Below are positions 11,485 through 23,160 of a stretch of DNA of 64,000 bases, one piece after another; within the stretch, counting starts at the first letter, position 1, and each line of letters opens with the position of its first letter. The stretch lies in sequence record MF498773.1; one strand, 5' to 3'. The position numbers were made by a program, and so were the translations under genes. The notes beneath the pieces were generated by a model that saw only the letters and a program-made list of their open reading frames with translations, was not told where the DNA came from and ran no database searches.

Positions 11485-11758
11485 GGAAAAATTATGAAAG
11501 TCCGTTTTAAATCAGAAGAAGCTATGAATGTGTATGCGACGATAGATCGCAACAACAAAGAACTCGTGGATGCGTATGGAATGAACCCCATCCCTGTTGG
11601 ATTTGTAGATGAAGAATGGTGGGATATTTTTAATGGGAAAGGGGTACTTTGCTACACCATCAACATCTCCGACGAATCCCATTTTTTCGAAATTTTGGAA
11701 AAATAATTCAAAAACGCTTGCTCTCGGGTAAGCGTTTTGTTATTCTATCCTTGTTGAA
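11482..11758 (+). repeat. Direct repeat B
   Basis: See repeat A at 10642-10918. Confidence 0.95.
11494..11706 (+). CDS. RF-family paralog (MKVRFKSE...)
   Basis: Highly similar to 10654-10866 (GFVDEEWWDIFN, YTINISDESHFFEILEK). Confidence 0.9.
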   Translation: MKVRFKSEEAMNVYATIDRNNKELVDAYGMNPIPVGFVDEEWWDIFNGKGVLCYTINISDESHFFEILEK

Positions 11759-11823
11759 ACGAGAGATGAAAGAAGGACAAACTGGTACTTTCCTTCTTTC
11801 CAAAACAAACCGAGGATAAATTT

Positions 11824-12039
11824 ATGGATATCGAAACCACTTACTATGCTTTCGTTGACAAAGGTTATGCAAACCCACAGTCAAATCTGTTTGACCCAGT
11901 TAGTAAGATCCCGAACGTTGTGTACACACCACATACTAAACTTGACGGAACCTATTGCAAGTTTGAGGATGGTTCTGGTATACTCTATGTATACCGTGGT
12001 GGGGCGGATTACGATTTTATCCCCAAAGTATCTATCTAA
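11824..12039 (+). CDS. Hypothetical protein, paralog of 21042-21284
   Basis: MDIxTxYYAFVDKGYANP...EDxSGILxVY...DFIP is shared. Confidence 0.85.
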   Translation: MDIETTYYAFVDKGYANPQSNLFDPVSKIPNVVYTPHTKLDGTYCKFEDGSGILYVYRGGADYDFIPKVSI

Positions 12040-12182
12040 GGAATGACATGACCAACTTTGAATTTGCTATGAAACGCGCTAAGTTCCAAATCACCAAGCA
12101 CAAAGAGACTTTGATCTGTGCTGGTATTGTTGGTGTTGTTCTTTTCGTTATCATCCCGATGTTGAACGGTTAAGGAGATATT

Positions 12183-12569
12183 ATGCTGAACCAACGTTAT
12201 ACTGTAAAAAAAGATTTTGAAGATTTCCACAAAGAATTTCCCGAACTTGTGTTGGGTTCTTCTTTCACGGTAACAGGGACAGACGGAACCGGTATCATAT
12301 CTATCACCATGGATAGTGGAACCGAATATCATATCGAACAATATCCTTGGTGCTGGTGCTTCTACACAGAAGATATGACACAAGAATATCTGACCCCAGT
12401 TGAAAACCTCTCAGACGAAGAAAAGAATGAGCTGATGGTTGCCAATTTGAAGAAGAAAGAAAAGGAGATGGAAGAAAAGAAAGCTTTGTTGTTGGCAAAT
12501 TGGGAGAAGAAAGAGAAGGAGTTGATCGAAGCTCTGGAAAACCATCGCAAAAATAAGCCGGGGGTTTGA
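12183..12569 (+). CDS. Hypothetical protein, paralog of 20196-20435, with a charged coiled-coil tail
   Basis: MLN...EFP.L..G..FTV...GI..I.MD.GT.Y.I...WCFYT is shared. Confidence 0.8.
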   Translation: MLNQRYTVKKDFEDFHKEFPELVLGSSFTVTGTDGTGIISITMDSGTEYHIEQYPWCWCFYTEDMTQEYLTPVENLSDEEKNELMVANLKKKEKEMEEKKALLLANWEKKEKELIEALENHRKNKPGV

Positions 12570-13839
12570 TATGATTTCTTTGGTAGCATTATCTTGTTAT
12601 GCTCCGATATACTTCATTGTTCAGCTAGGGGAAAAGATAAATCGTGATGTGATTCTATCTTGTATTCTCATGATCTTTACTATCGTTCTGGTATTCTGTA
12701 CCACCACGATTACCCTAAAATATGGAACAAACCCTGTGGTATTGTTTTGGATTTGTCAAACGAACATTCTTACTTGTCTGATGGCTAAAATAATTTCAAA
12801 AAGTCTTTGACTCTATAGCTAGTTCTGGTAATATACCTATGTACCCACTGATGAGGAAATTGAAATGAAAATTCTTTTTACCGACCACCAAGCCGAACTA
12901 ATCAACCGCATCAAGGCTTATCACGACAGTCGTATCGCTCTGACAATTTCCCCTGAGTCTCGCGCATTTCGCGATATGATGGAAGGACAAGAGTTGTGCA
13001 ATTCTCAATGTATTGCGCTCCGCAACTTCTTCGGTCGGGTTATCGATTATGATGCTTGTGGTAATGATATCGCTGCTGATGAAATGACCAAATACATGCA
13101 TGGGGTTATGCGTGACCACGTTCGCAACTGGCTGTTTGAGGAATAAGATATGAAAAAGATTATGGAAGCTCTGGGATATGTTTGGTTCGAAACCCGTGGT
13201 GATTTCGTTGCTACTATCGGACAGTGGAAAGAGAGTTACACCTATTACGAAGAAACCGATTTCCCTTGTTGGTTGAAACTGGTGGATTCTATTGAGAGTC
13301 CATACAACGCAAAAACGATTATGATTTACGACAGGGTTTCTGAATCTCTGGTGGGGGAAATAAAGTTTGAAAAATTGTGATTTGATTAAGATTCTCCAAG
13401 AACGAGATCCCAATGCAAAAGTAGAATTCGTTTTCTTCGGTAACCATTTTGACGTAGACGGATTGGTGCATTTCGACCCAACTGGTTATAACGCTATCGA
13501 GTTGTATGGTCAGCCACTCCATGAGATGGAAATTGTTGTTACTTTCAACCAAGGATAAAATATGTTCTATGCACTGAAAAACAAATATACTGGTAAAGTT
13601 GCTATGGTAGAGGTGTGTGGTGAAGCTGTTTATTTGGTAGATGATGAAGCAATTGGAGATCATGCAGTTGCTTTTGTCTACACCGAAACCACCTCACAGA
13701 AAATTCAAGATACGTTGGATGGTGTCAACGACAATCTGTTTGTCCAAATCGATCCAGAACAATACGATATCGTGGAATTTATTTTGAAATAAATGATAAA
13801 AAGGGCTTGCTTCGGTAGGCCCTTTTCGACTATTATATT

Positions 13840-13878
13840 CATATCGAAACGAGAGACGGAAAGGAAGAAATCATGAAA
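13840..13878 (+). repeat. 39-bp leader/RBS cassette, copy 1
   Basis: catatcgaaacgagagacggaaaggaagaaatcatgaaa is identical to 14944-14982. Confidence 0.95.
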
Positions 13879-14704
13879 GCATTCACCAAAGGTCAGGTTG
13901 TAATTCAGGTTGCAAGCGTAGACGGTAAAGGCACCTTCTCTTGGTCCCGTGCTGTTGTGAAATCCTGTGGTAAGAAGCAAATGACCCTATGTCATCCAGA
14001 GACTGGTGCAATGCTCGGTAACCACTTCCGTCCTGAGCACGGTGTTGATATCGCCAATGGTCGGAACTATGGTGTTGTTGCTGATATGACTGACGAACAG
14101 GCCGACAAATACACCCTGACAATTGCTCAACTCTACGTCACTCGTGAGCTGTTTGATCTGGAAGACCAGCTTGATGCTGCTAAAGCTCGCAAGGCACCGG
14201 TTGCTTTTGTTGAGTTGATGGAAAAGAATGTTGAAGAGTTCAAGAAAAACGTTGCTAAAGTTCAAAGGGGTTAATCATGAAAATCAAAGACGGTAACGAC
14301 ATCATCACTTTCACTGGGGAATATGGGGTTTATGAATCTGGTGAACCCTGTATGTCAAGTTTGTCTGATATGATAGTTCGTGTTAATTGTGGTTCCGCTG
14401 AAATTATTGGTTGACTCAGTGATCTGTTCTGGTAAGATATCTATAGAAACTAACCGAGGTAATTAACATGAATTTCTTCAATTATATTGTTGTGATGAAA
14501 ACGGTTAACGGTATGGAAAGATTTTTGGTCTCTGCTATGGATCCTTCTAAGGCTAAGAAAAAGGTTATGGATTACTTGGTTGACGAATGCATTCCGTTTA
14601 GTTGTTCCTATCCGAGGAATGAAACTATACGAGTTGCAGATTCCCAAGTGGAAGAAATGAAAAATCGCTCTGATATCAAAACCCTTTATGTTTAAGGATC
14701 TATT

Positions 14705-14923
14705 ATGAAAATCAAATTCAAATCAGAAGCACACATGAACGAGTTCGCAAATATCAACCTTGGTTGGTCTTCCCACAATAAAGATCTGGTTCTTCGTTAT
14801 GGTATGAACCCTTTCGAGGTTGAGGTTGATATTACCGAATCTTGGTGGGATACAGTTGATGGTGATTTCGCTATTCATAAAGCCGGTGAAGGAAAATATT
14901 TTGAAATAGTTGTTGCATCGTAG
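14705..14923 (+). CDS. RF-family paralog (MKIKFKSE...)
   Basis: Family pattern: N...YGMNPFEVEVD...WWD...EGKYFEI. Confidence 0.85.
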   Translation: MKIKFKSEAHMNEFANINLGWSSHNKDLVLRYGMNPFEVEVDITESWWDTVDGDFAIHKAGEGKYFEIVVAS

Positions 14924-14943
14924 TCTAGTTCTGGTATTATATC

Positions 14944-14982
14944 CATATCGAAACGAGAGACGGAAAGGAAGAAATCATGAAA
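14944..14982 (+). repeat. 39-bp leader/RBS cassette, copy 2
   Basis: Identical to 13840-13878 but precedes an apparently unrelated ORF. Confidence 0.95.
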
Positions 14983-17478
14983 CTCAGCAAAGCCCAAAAC
15001 GAAGTAGTTGCTATTTGTGTTGCGGAAGTTGAGCGTCTTTGGAACCAGTATCAAGTTGATTTGGTTCGTTGGGAAAACACTCCCAAGGGTAAGGCCAAAG
15101 AAGATATGACTTTCCGTCTGGGTGCTGTTAACCGTGCTACTGTTCGCGCTCTCATTAAGGCTGGTGTTCTGATTGTCGACCACAAGTTCAGTGTAAAAGA
15201 ACCAACTTTGAAGAAATATAACTATGGTCGCGACCGTGTTTATGGTGACAACTATTACGAAGAAAACATTTACCGTCTGAACAAAGAATTTATCAAATAA
15301 CGCTTTACGCTTGTTTTTGTTTTTGGTAATATGTCTGTACACCAACTGAGAAGGAAATGACTATGAACACCAAACTCCGCAATCGCCTGAATAACATGCT
15401 TGGTAATCAAACTCTGGTTTGTACTTCCACAATCGGAACCATTACCATGAAGGCCGCGCTTGATAATGGTGGTATGGACTTTGTTGTTGATGTGAGCATC
15501 ACCACCGAAAATGGTGTAGAGAATAAAGGCCGTATGTACACCAAACAGGCGCTGGAAACTTACGGTGATTCCATCTCTCATATCGTTGTTAAGAATTATT
15601 AAGGGGATATTATGAAAAGTTTTATTGTTTCCTTCAAAATCCAAAATGCATTTGGTGATAAAGTCCTTACTGAATACGTTTGGGCATACACCCCGAAATG
15701 TGCAGTCGAGAAGATCCAAGAAAAATATGTTGGCGTTTATCACGCTAAAGCAAAACTTGCTATCTAAGGGGATAGTATGAAAAATAAAATTCTTGTAGAA
15801 CTAGTTGCAAAACAAACCAGTGATCTGATAAAATCTAATGGTCATCGAATGGCACTAGTTGCTTTGGGTAAATGGATTGAAGCCACCCCATATATCACCG
15901 ACGAGGAACTTAATTTCCTCATGAATTTGGTTAAAGTATATCAGGAGCAATAATCATGGCTAAAGGTAAAGTAACTGCAAAATCTCTCCGCGCTGGTCAG
16001 ACTGTATATCGTGTATGTGGCCCTACTGGTTTCATCACCAAGCTTCTGATCACCTCTCGTCCGTTTGTGTACAAGAAAAAAGATTCTGTGCTGAATGGTA
16101 CTCTGTGGGTGAACTATCGTAAGTGGTTCAAAACCAATAGTTACAAATTCGGTGTGGTTCGAGAAGTGAGTAACTTCTTTAATGATGATTTCAGCCTTAC
16201 CGATGCTGGTATTGGTGGTAGTCATCCGGGTGGTACTAATCGCACCTTCTACACTTACAAGGCTGCCAAACGCTGGTCTGAGCACGTTAAATCGCTTCCT
16301 AAGAAACAGGAGTGCTGGGACGACGATCTGTGGAGCCCAACCGATTATGATGACTTTCTAAGGGGGATAGTATGAAGGCTTTGATTGATACAAAGAATGT
16401 CCAACTTAAGTTATATTGGATGTCACAGGATACGATTGATACTTATCCGAGCGAGAAGGCTCAAGTCATCGAATTTATTATGTCTCTGGATAGTGATCTA
16501 GTTCCCATGGTCGAACTTAGTATCGACGAATATAATTTTCTTTTGCAAGTTATGTAAAAACTACTTGTGACTGTAATTGATTTGTGGGATACTTTCCTTG
16601 TTGGGGAGTTTCCCACTTTCATTGGAGAATTGATTATGTATATTCGCTTCGATATTCAAGACCTGTTGGAACTTCTGGAAATGATTGGTGTAGATCACGT
16701 TACCAAGACCAATTATGATGAAGATATCGGTTTTACCCAAATTGATTACATCTTCGATATTGACGGCCACCGGGTTATCCTGACTGAACCAAGTTTCAAT
16801 GATTACGTTACCACCTGTGAGGTGAGTGATGTTGCTACCATGAAACATCTGGCAGAAGAAAACAATATCCCGTTTGAAATGAAAGACCACTACCTGTAAG
16901 GAGTTTATTATGATGGATTTTATTAATAGTCAATTTGGCTTCGTTCTCATCACCACCATGTTCCTGTGTGGTATCGTATTCAACGGTGTTGTAACCTATT
17001 ACGAATCTCGTCAAAACAGTAAGATGGAAAAATTCCTTTCTTACCTGATGCACTTGGTAGGGTGTGCATTGTCCATCAACGGGTATGTGGAACTTCTGAA
17101 AATTATGGATTTCAGTAAGATTATGGGTTGAAAATAAAATGATAAATGGCTTGCTTCCGTGAGCCATTTGTTTTACTATGTGTATATCGAAACGGGAGGT
17201 TCTTATGGTAAACGAAATGATGAATGCAATCGCTGTCAAGCTGGAAGAAGCAAAATCCAAAAAGCGTCAGGGTCTGGTTTATCGCAATGCATATGCGGTA
17301 CTGGAAAACGGCCCGGATAGCGTAGACTATGTTGTTTCGGTTCACGTAGAGTCTACTATCGAATATGATGGAAAAGCGCGTGATGAAGCCCAACGCCGAG
17401 CTGATGCAATGCAAACAGAGCTGGGTTATCTTGGTTACGGTTATACTGTTGTTCGTGTTGAAGTCTAAGGAGAATATT

Positions 17479-17775
17479 ATGGAAATCACCATCGCCCTGC
17501 GTGAAGCTTTCGAATCCGTTAAATGTTTGTCCAAGAAATTTGATGTTTCTGACTGGGATTATGTTGATAACATGAATACCCTCTCCAACATCTACATCGC
17601 TGTTCCTATGGGTGAGGATGAGGTTCGGGGTTATATCGATTCAGCCCTTCGTAATATCGATGATGCAAAAACTGTTTTTGACCGTGGTGATTCTTATGAG
17701 GATGATCTGATTGGTATTCACCTTGATATGGCTCTGGTAAATCTCCGGGCTGCAATTTTTTACGCTTCTAAGTAA
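17479..17775 (+). CDS. Hypothetical protein, distant paralog of 40035-40352
   Basis: Shared LRE...E.R.Y...A...I..D....NLRAA; start placed at the AAGGAG-led ATG 17479. Confidence 0.7.
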   Translation: MEITIALREAFESVKCLSKKFDVSDWDYVDNMNTLSNIYIAVPMGEDEVRGYIDSALRNIDDAKTVFDRGDSYEDDLIGIHLDMALVNLRAAIFYASK

Positions 17776-17784
17776 GGAATCAAT

Positions 17785-18264
17785 ATGAAACTGAAATTCA
17801 AATCCCCTATTATCCGCTCCAAATTCATGTCTCGTTTTGGATTGACTGAATGGGGTAAGAAAGTTATCGATGCCATTGAGAATGGTGCTAATTGGCAGAA
17901 GGAAACTAAGTATGATGGTTATTACACACGGGATTACTCGTTTGGTAAGGACTATCTGACCATCATAGAAAGTGCATCTTATTTTGAAGTTGTTCTGGAA
18001 GAAAACGCTTGGTTGATTGCTAATGAATATGGAGCTGTTACAACCACAGATGAGAAGGTTGCAGAACACTATTCTATCACCAATAAAACCCCTATGGTGG
18101 AAGTTCCATTTATTCGCGTTGATGGTGAGTTGTATGTGTCTATCAATGAGGTTAAGATGGATGAATCTGTACAAGCTCAAATCGATAAGCGAATCAAGAA
18201 ACAGGAAGTTGCCAATAAAGCTGGTTTGTCAGTACAAGAAATGGAAAATCTTTTTCGGAATTGA
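17785..18264 (+). CDS. RF-family-related protein with a C-terminal extension
   Basis: MKLKFKS...F...IIESASYFEVV. Confidence 0.65.
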   Translation: MKLKFKSPIIRSKFMSRFGLTEWGKKVIDAIENGANWQKETKYDGYYTRDYSFGKDYLTIIESASYFEVVLEENAWLIANEYGAVTTTDEKVAEHYSITNKTPMVEVPFIRVDGELYVSINEVKMDESVQAQIDKRIKKQEVANKAGLSVQEMENLFRN

Positions 18265-19738
18265 TTGACATCACCCACAAACAAAGAATATCATTTCCAT
18301 ATCGAATCGAGAGAGGTGTTATCATGAACTACGTCGTTTCCCTTGCCAAGAAAGTTATCAACGTTGCTGAGAACAATATCACTGATGAAGTGTATGATGC
18401 AGCTCAAACCGTTTGTGGTGTCGATTATGACTGGGCTTGCGAAATGATTTATCTCGGTGATGTGGAAGAGTGCATCGAGGTTATCCGGGCTTATATGGAG
18501 TTCCTGAATTGCTTCCCTGCTCAATACTGGATTAGCGATCTGAAAGATGAGATGGAAGAAATCAAAAATCTTTTGAAAAATTGATTGACTCCATAATCTG
18601 GTAATGTAATAATGTCCTTGTTGAAACGAACTCAAAAGGAAAAGATTATGAAACTCCAACGTGACGCAATTAACCTTGGTTCTGAATATCGTGGTAACTG
18701 GGCATTTTCCATTCACGATAAAGATGGGGATCGTATTGCTCGCGTTGAGGCTGTTATCGATGCTATGGAAATAGGGATTCGCGGTGACGGTCGTGTTCTC
18801 ACTTGGCGAGACCATTCCGATATGTGCCCACTCTATGACGAGGGTATTGGTTGTGGTTACATGATCCCCGTTGATATGGTAGACGAGTTCAAAGCAGCTT
18901 GGGCAATTGCAAAGAAAACAAAATAAATAGTTGACTCCGAAAGCGTGTTTTGAGATACTAATCCCGTAGACAGAAACCCTCTCTTGAAAAAGGAAATCAT
19001 CATGACTGCACAAATCTTCTTCGCCACTCGTTCCGCTGCTCGTGTTGCTGGTTTTGGTAAAATGACTGACAACGGTACTCAGGCCACCAATCGTTGGGCT
19101 CGTACTGTCGATGTGAACTCTACCGGGAACAAAACCCTGTCTGTCGGTCGTGGTGTTCGCAAGAACGGTTGCAAGGCCGTTACCATCATCACCAAGAAAG
19201 CAAAAACTCTGGTTCACTAAGGAGCTTATTATGTTCTCATTCTTCCGTAAAATCGACCCCAAAGCCGCTGCCATGGTACAGTATATGGATACCCATCCGA
19301 CTGGTGATATCTTTGGTGATACGCCACGGACTGTTTTCTTTGAAGGTTTTCATCTTGGTTTTAGTTGTGATGCCGAAGGAAAACCCCGCAGTATTTTCCT
19401 TAACAAATCCAATACCAATGGCGGGACTACATGTATTGAGATTTTCGATATCAATAACAACAAGAAAGAAATCAAAGCACTGGATAATGCGCGACACCGA
19501 GCCCTTAAACGTTATAATAACCATACACAAGAAAAGGCAAAAGCTAAACGACGGGAAGCTCTGGATAGTCTGGAAGTATGATGAATATCCTCATTTCCTT
19601 GGTTCTGGTATTGCTCGGCCTCTTTCTTATCCATGTTGCTGAATGGGCTGGTAAAAAAGATGCAAATGGTGGGATTGGTGGGTTGTTTACTCTGGTAATC
19701 TGTTTTATAATGTTTGTGTTGATTGTTAAGGAGCTAGT

Positions 19739-19981
19739 ATGAAAATTCGTTTCAAAGATACCGACGCCCAATATGAATTCTTGTGTATGTCTGATGCAAA
19801 TGCAGCTATTGCAGAATATATGGGAATGGATACCCATGACGCCATTTCGTATGAAGAGTGTGGTAAGACCATCATTGCTCTGGTAGACGTTAACGGCGAC
19901 CCAATCACTGTTGGTGAATTCGACCAGTGGGAAGCACAGGTACATCAAGGTGAACAACAGTTCTTTATCATTGAGGAATAA
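19739..19981 (+). CDS. RF-family paralog (MKIRFKD...)
   Basis: ANAAIAEYMGMDTH...EQQFFIIEE. Confidence 0.85.
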   Translation: MKIRFKDTDAQYEFLCMSDANAAIAEYMGMDTHDAISYEECGKTIIALVDVNGDPITVGEFDQWEAQVHQGEQQFFIIEE

Positions 19982-20195
19982 TTTAGTGTCAAAGACCAAT
20001 CACATTCCGAGCATAAAAAGCGTCTGGGACCAAGGCCGTCATCCAGCAAACTCACGAATCATTGGCCTTGAATCATTAGCACGAAGTGGTTCAACTAGTG
20101 AGGTAAGGCGCAAGGCTATTGTGGCACTAAAGAGAGATTTCGGAATTGAATTCAAGGGGTGAATACTGTTCGCCAACTATTAGAGGAATAAAGAT

Positions 20196-20435
20196 ATGCT
20201 GAACAAGAAATTCAAAATCATCGAAGAAGTAAGCCCTATCATGAAATCAGAGTTTCCGTTGATGGTAGTTGGTAACTATTTCACAGTAAAAGAAACCCTC
20301 AAGACGGGCTACACCGAAGGGATTACGGTGATTGAGATGGATGATGGTACTATCTACAATATCCAAGATAGCTCAATGTCTTGGTGCTTCTACACCATTG
20401 GTATGATCCCGTGGCGTCTGGTGGAGATTAAGTAA
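20196..20435 (+). CDS. Hypothetical protein, paralog of 12183-12569
   Basis: Shared N-terminal domain ending in WCFYT. Confidence 0.8.
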   Translation: MLNKKFKIIEEVSPIMKSEFPLMVVGNYFTVKETLKTGYTEGITVIEMDDGTIYNIQDSSMSWCFYTIGMIPWRLVEIK

Positions 20436-20684
20436 ATGAAGATTCGTTTTAAAGATGAAAAAGCCCGTCAGGAATTCTCTAATTGTCGTGCTAACGTTGC
20501 GATTGCATACTATATGGGAATGGATACCCACGAAGCATACAACCATTGTAGCGGGGATATTGGGCTGATAGACGATAATAATTGCGGTATCATTATTCCA
20601 GATCCATACATATCTGGATTTGATGGATGGAATGCGGTTATCCATAAGGGTGAGCGTCGTTACTTTGTTATTGAAGGGGAATAA
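20436..20684 (+). CDS. RF-family paralog
   Basis: MKIRFKDE...ANVAIAYYMGMDTH...GERRYFVIE. Confidence 0.85.
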   Translation: MKIRFKDEKARQEFSNCRANVAIAYYMGMDTHEAYNHCSGDIGLIDDNNCGIIIPDPYISGFDGWNAVIHKGERRYFVIEGE

Positions 20685-20687
20685 GAT

Positions 20688-20984
20688 ATGAAGATCCGTT
20701 TTAAATCAGAACAGCATCTACGCGATTTTAAAGCTGCATCGGTAGAAAATTTGGAAATCGCGGATTTTATGAGAATGCACCCAGTTGAAGTAGTTAAGAT
20801 CCATGGTCATTACTACATCGAAACAGACATTCTTGATTGTACTCTTATCCTCGAATCCGAACACGATTTCTTTGATTGGATTGAAGATGATCCCAAAACC
20901 CTTTTCGATATCATGTTAGAAAAGAAGGCTGAATACGACAAGGCTTTCAACGACTACATCCAATCGGTTAAAGAAAACAGTTGA
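20688..20984 (+). CDS. RF-family paralog with coiled-coil tail
   Basis: MKIRFKSE...NLEIADFM; tail EKKAEYDKAF. Confidence 0.85.
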   Translation: MKIRFKSEQHLRDFKAASVENLEIADFMRMHPVEVVKIHGHYYIETDILDCTLILESEHDFFDWIEDDPKTLFDIMLEKKAEYDKAFNDYIQSVKENS

Positions 20985-21041
20985 CCATCTATTAGGTTAT
21001 CTGTATATTGGTACTTGTCCCACTATCAAAAGGAAATTTAA

Positions 21042-21284
21042 ATGGATATTCGTACTATCTATTACGCATTCGTTGATAAAGGTTATGCCAATCCAACTCA
21101 TAACCTATTTGTTCCTGTTGAGAATCTTTCCTCTACCAATCACAAAGTAAAAATGTCAGTTGCTAATACCAACTCAAATCTGGCCTTTACTTACGAGGAC
21201 GATTCAGGTATTCTAAACGTATACATTGATGGGGAAGTAGATTTCATTCCCAACGGTAAAGCCCAAGATAATAAAGGAGAATAA
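21042..21284 (+). CDS. Hypothetical protein, paralog of 11824-12039
   Basis: YYAFVDKGYANP motif. Confidence 0.85.
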   Translation: MDIRTIYYAFVDKGYANPTHNLFVPVENLSSTNHKVKMSVANTNSNLAFTYEDDSGILNVYIDGEVDFIPNGKAQDNKGE

Positions 21285-21287
21285 ATC

Positions 21288-21659
21288 ATGACAGATATTA
21301 TGCGTATCCGTTTCCTCAGCGAAAAGGACAAAGAACATTTTGTATCCCGTAGTGTAAACGCAAACACCCACATCGCAAACCATATGGGTATGGATTGGAA
21401 TCGAGTTTCATTTGATGGTCGTCGCTGGTATCTGGTAGATGAGAACAACAATGAAGTGGTGGTTGATGACGGTGATGTTGACTCATTCATTCACCCATCT
21501 GAATACCAATTTTTCGAATGGGATATTCTCCCGGTAGAAAAGAAAAAACCTATCAAAGAACTCTGGGATATTGCACAACAGAAGAAAGCAGAGTATGATG
21601 ATGCTATGACTGAATACAACAAAGCAGTAATGGAGAAGCTTGATGAAAGTGCGATTTAA
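21288..21659 (+). CDS. RF-family paralog with coiled-coil tail
   Basis: RIRFLSE...ANTHIANHMGM; tail QKKAEYDDAM. Confidence 0.85.
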   Translation: MTDIMRIRFLSEKDKEHFVSRSVNANTHIANHMGMDWNRVSFDGRRWYLVDENNNEVVVDDGDVDSFIHPSEYQFFEWDILPVEKKKPIKELWDIAQQKKAEYDDAMTEYNKAVMEKLDESAI

Positions 21660-21900
21660 AAATATCGAATCCAAGTTCGCGTTTACCACTGGTGGACGAG
21701 CTAATATGTCTATCGCCGAATACATGGGTAATGAGTTCCATGAAGCTCAAACATGCTTTGATGGAAGCATCGAACTCGTGGATAGTAAAGGGAATAATAT
21801 TACTCTCAATACGTATGGTAAAGCTGTTCCAGATAATGGATGGAATGCTTGCTTCTTTGAAGATGAAACTCAATATTTGGAGATGCATTATGAAGATTAA
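21643..21900 (+). CDS. RF-family paralog
   Basis: MKVRFKN...ANMSIAEYMG...ETQYLE. Confidence 0.85.
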   Translation: MKVRFKNIESKFAFTTGGRANMSIAEYMGNEFHEAQTCFDGSIELVDSKGNNITLNTYGKAVPDNGWNACFFEDETQYLEMHYED

Positions 21901-22234
21901 GTTTAAAGACGAACAATCTCGACTCAATTTCCGACAGTGTGACAATCTTAATAAAGATATCGAATTTAAGATTGGTAATAAACCACATGAAGTAATCCAG
22001 AATGAACATGGTTGGTATCTCTCCAATGATGGATTAAAACTAATCATCAATGGGTTTTATGCTTTCATCAGTTCACGCGAAATGAAGTATTTTGATATTG
22101 TTGAAGATGATATCAATCCCATGGATACCATTGAAGCTCTATGGGAACTATGGGACGATGTACAAGAAAAGAAAGCTGCTTTTGAACGTAGCTTGGAACT
22201 TTACCACGCTGAATATAATCGAATGTTCCGCTGA
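21890..22234 (+). CDS. RF-family paralog with coiled-coil tail
   Basis: Internal ATG of track ORF 21692-22234 with a GGAG RBS: MKIKFKDE...EMKYFDI...EKKAAFERSL. Confidence 0.8.
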   Translation: MKIKFKDEQSRLNFRQCDNLNKDIEFKIGNKPHEVIQNEHGWYLSNDGLKLIINGFYAFISSREMKYFDIVEDDINPMDTIEALWELWDDVQEKKAAFERSLELYHAEYNRMFR

Positions 22235-22259
22235 ATCATCAAACGATCATGAGAGGGGT

Positions 22260-22288
22260 AAAATGCACTTTTTTGGTGCATTTTCTTT
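22260..22288 (+). terminator. Intrinsic terminator ending the paralog cluster
   Basis: aaaatgcac / gtgcatttt stem followed by a T-rich tract. Confidence 0.6.
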
Positions 22289-22339
22289 TATACACCATTT
22301 TAAAACATTTTCTCTCTATCCCTTGCTGTATAAGGGATT

Positions 22340-22402
22340 CTGTTAATATTCTTTCACATTTTTTCATAACTTTTCATATCTGTTAACATTCTTTCATATT
22401 TG
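22340..22402. repeat. Two 23-bp direct repeats in an AT-rich intergenic region
   Basis: ctgttaatattctttcacatttt (22340) and ctgttaacattctttcatatttt (22380). Confidence 0.8.
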
Positions 22403-23160
22403 GATAATGTTTGGTTCTTAAATTAAAAAGTTTGATTCTGGAACAAAAAAGTGTGGACACACATTAGGTGATGTAGTACCATGTTCTTACTGACTGATTG
22501 GAGATAGATATGAAAAACATTCGTGAAATTGCTGCTGAAATGAAAACTTTGTTGAACTCTCGTGGTTATGGCATTACTTCTGTGTTTGGTATGTACCTTG
22601 ATAACAATGCTATGATGGTTATCAAAGGCCGTGAGTTGGAAAAGGTAGCGCGTGACTTTGCGTTAGTTCGTGGTATTCATTCTGTGGTTATCTCAGAAGA
22701 ACTTTGCTATGATTCAGTTGACTTTGAAGATCCGACTAGTGAAGCTGAGTTGGTTCGTGTGTTGAAATGCTGTATTGACTATGTGGAGTGAGATGATATG
22801 GAATATATTGTGATTGGTGTTGTTGTTGCTCTGGTATGGTGTTTCTTGATGTTTTCTTATATCACCGAAAACAAGTTTAGGAACGAGAGGGATTCTATTC
22901 GTGATTGGTTGAAGTATCATGGATTTGGTGTTCATATTCATCGCAATGACTTTCTTCTTGATAGTTGTCAAATGGTTCGTCTTGGTGGTACAACTCGATG
23001 TGATAAATGTCTTTCTTGGGTTGTGTACTGGAAACTGTACAATATCCGTCGAAAGAAATTGAGTCGTGAAGATACTATTAAGAAACTGAATGCGTTGGTT
23101 AATGGTATGGTTGTTGAGCGTGTAGAGCGTGAGAGTAAGAAAGATTTTTGGAAGGATTAG

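Larger units (their letters stand above)
12571..19581 (+). other. Block of about 25 small early hypothetical ORFs with interspersed promoters
   Basis: RBS-led + strand ORFs with CGT/GGT/ATC-rich codons; several are preceded by TTG-type promoters and ATCGAAACG leaders. Confidence 0.75.

Noticed and set aside
10426-14982. CRISPR array
   Set aside because: The repeats are RBS/leader and gene duplications with irregular, gene-length spacing; no cas genes.
18291-19274. 327-aa minus-strand ORF
   Set aside because: It is antisense to three RBS-led + genes and their promoters, with no RBS or motif; probably a shadow frame from codon bias.
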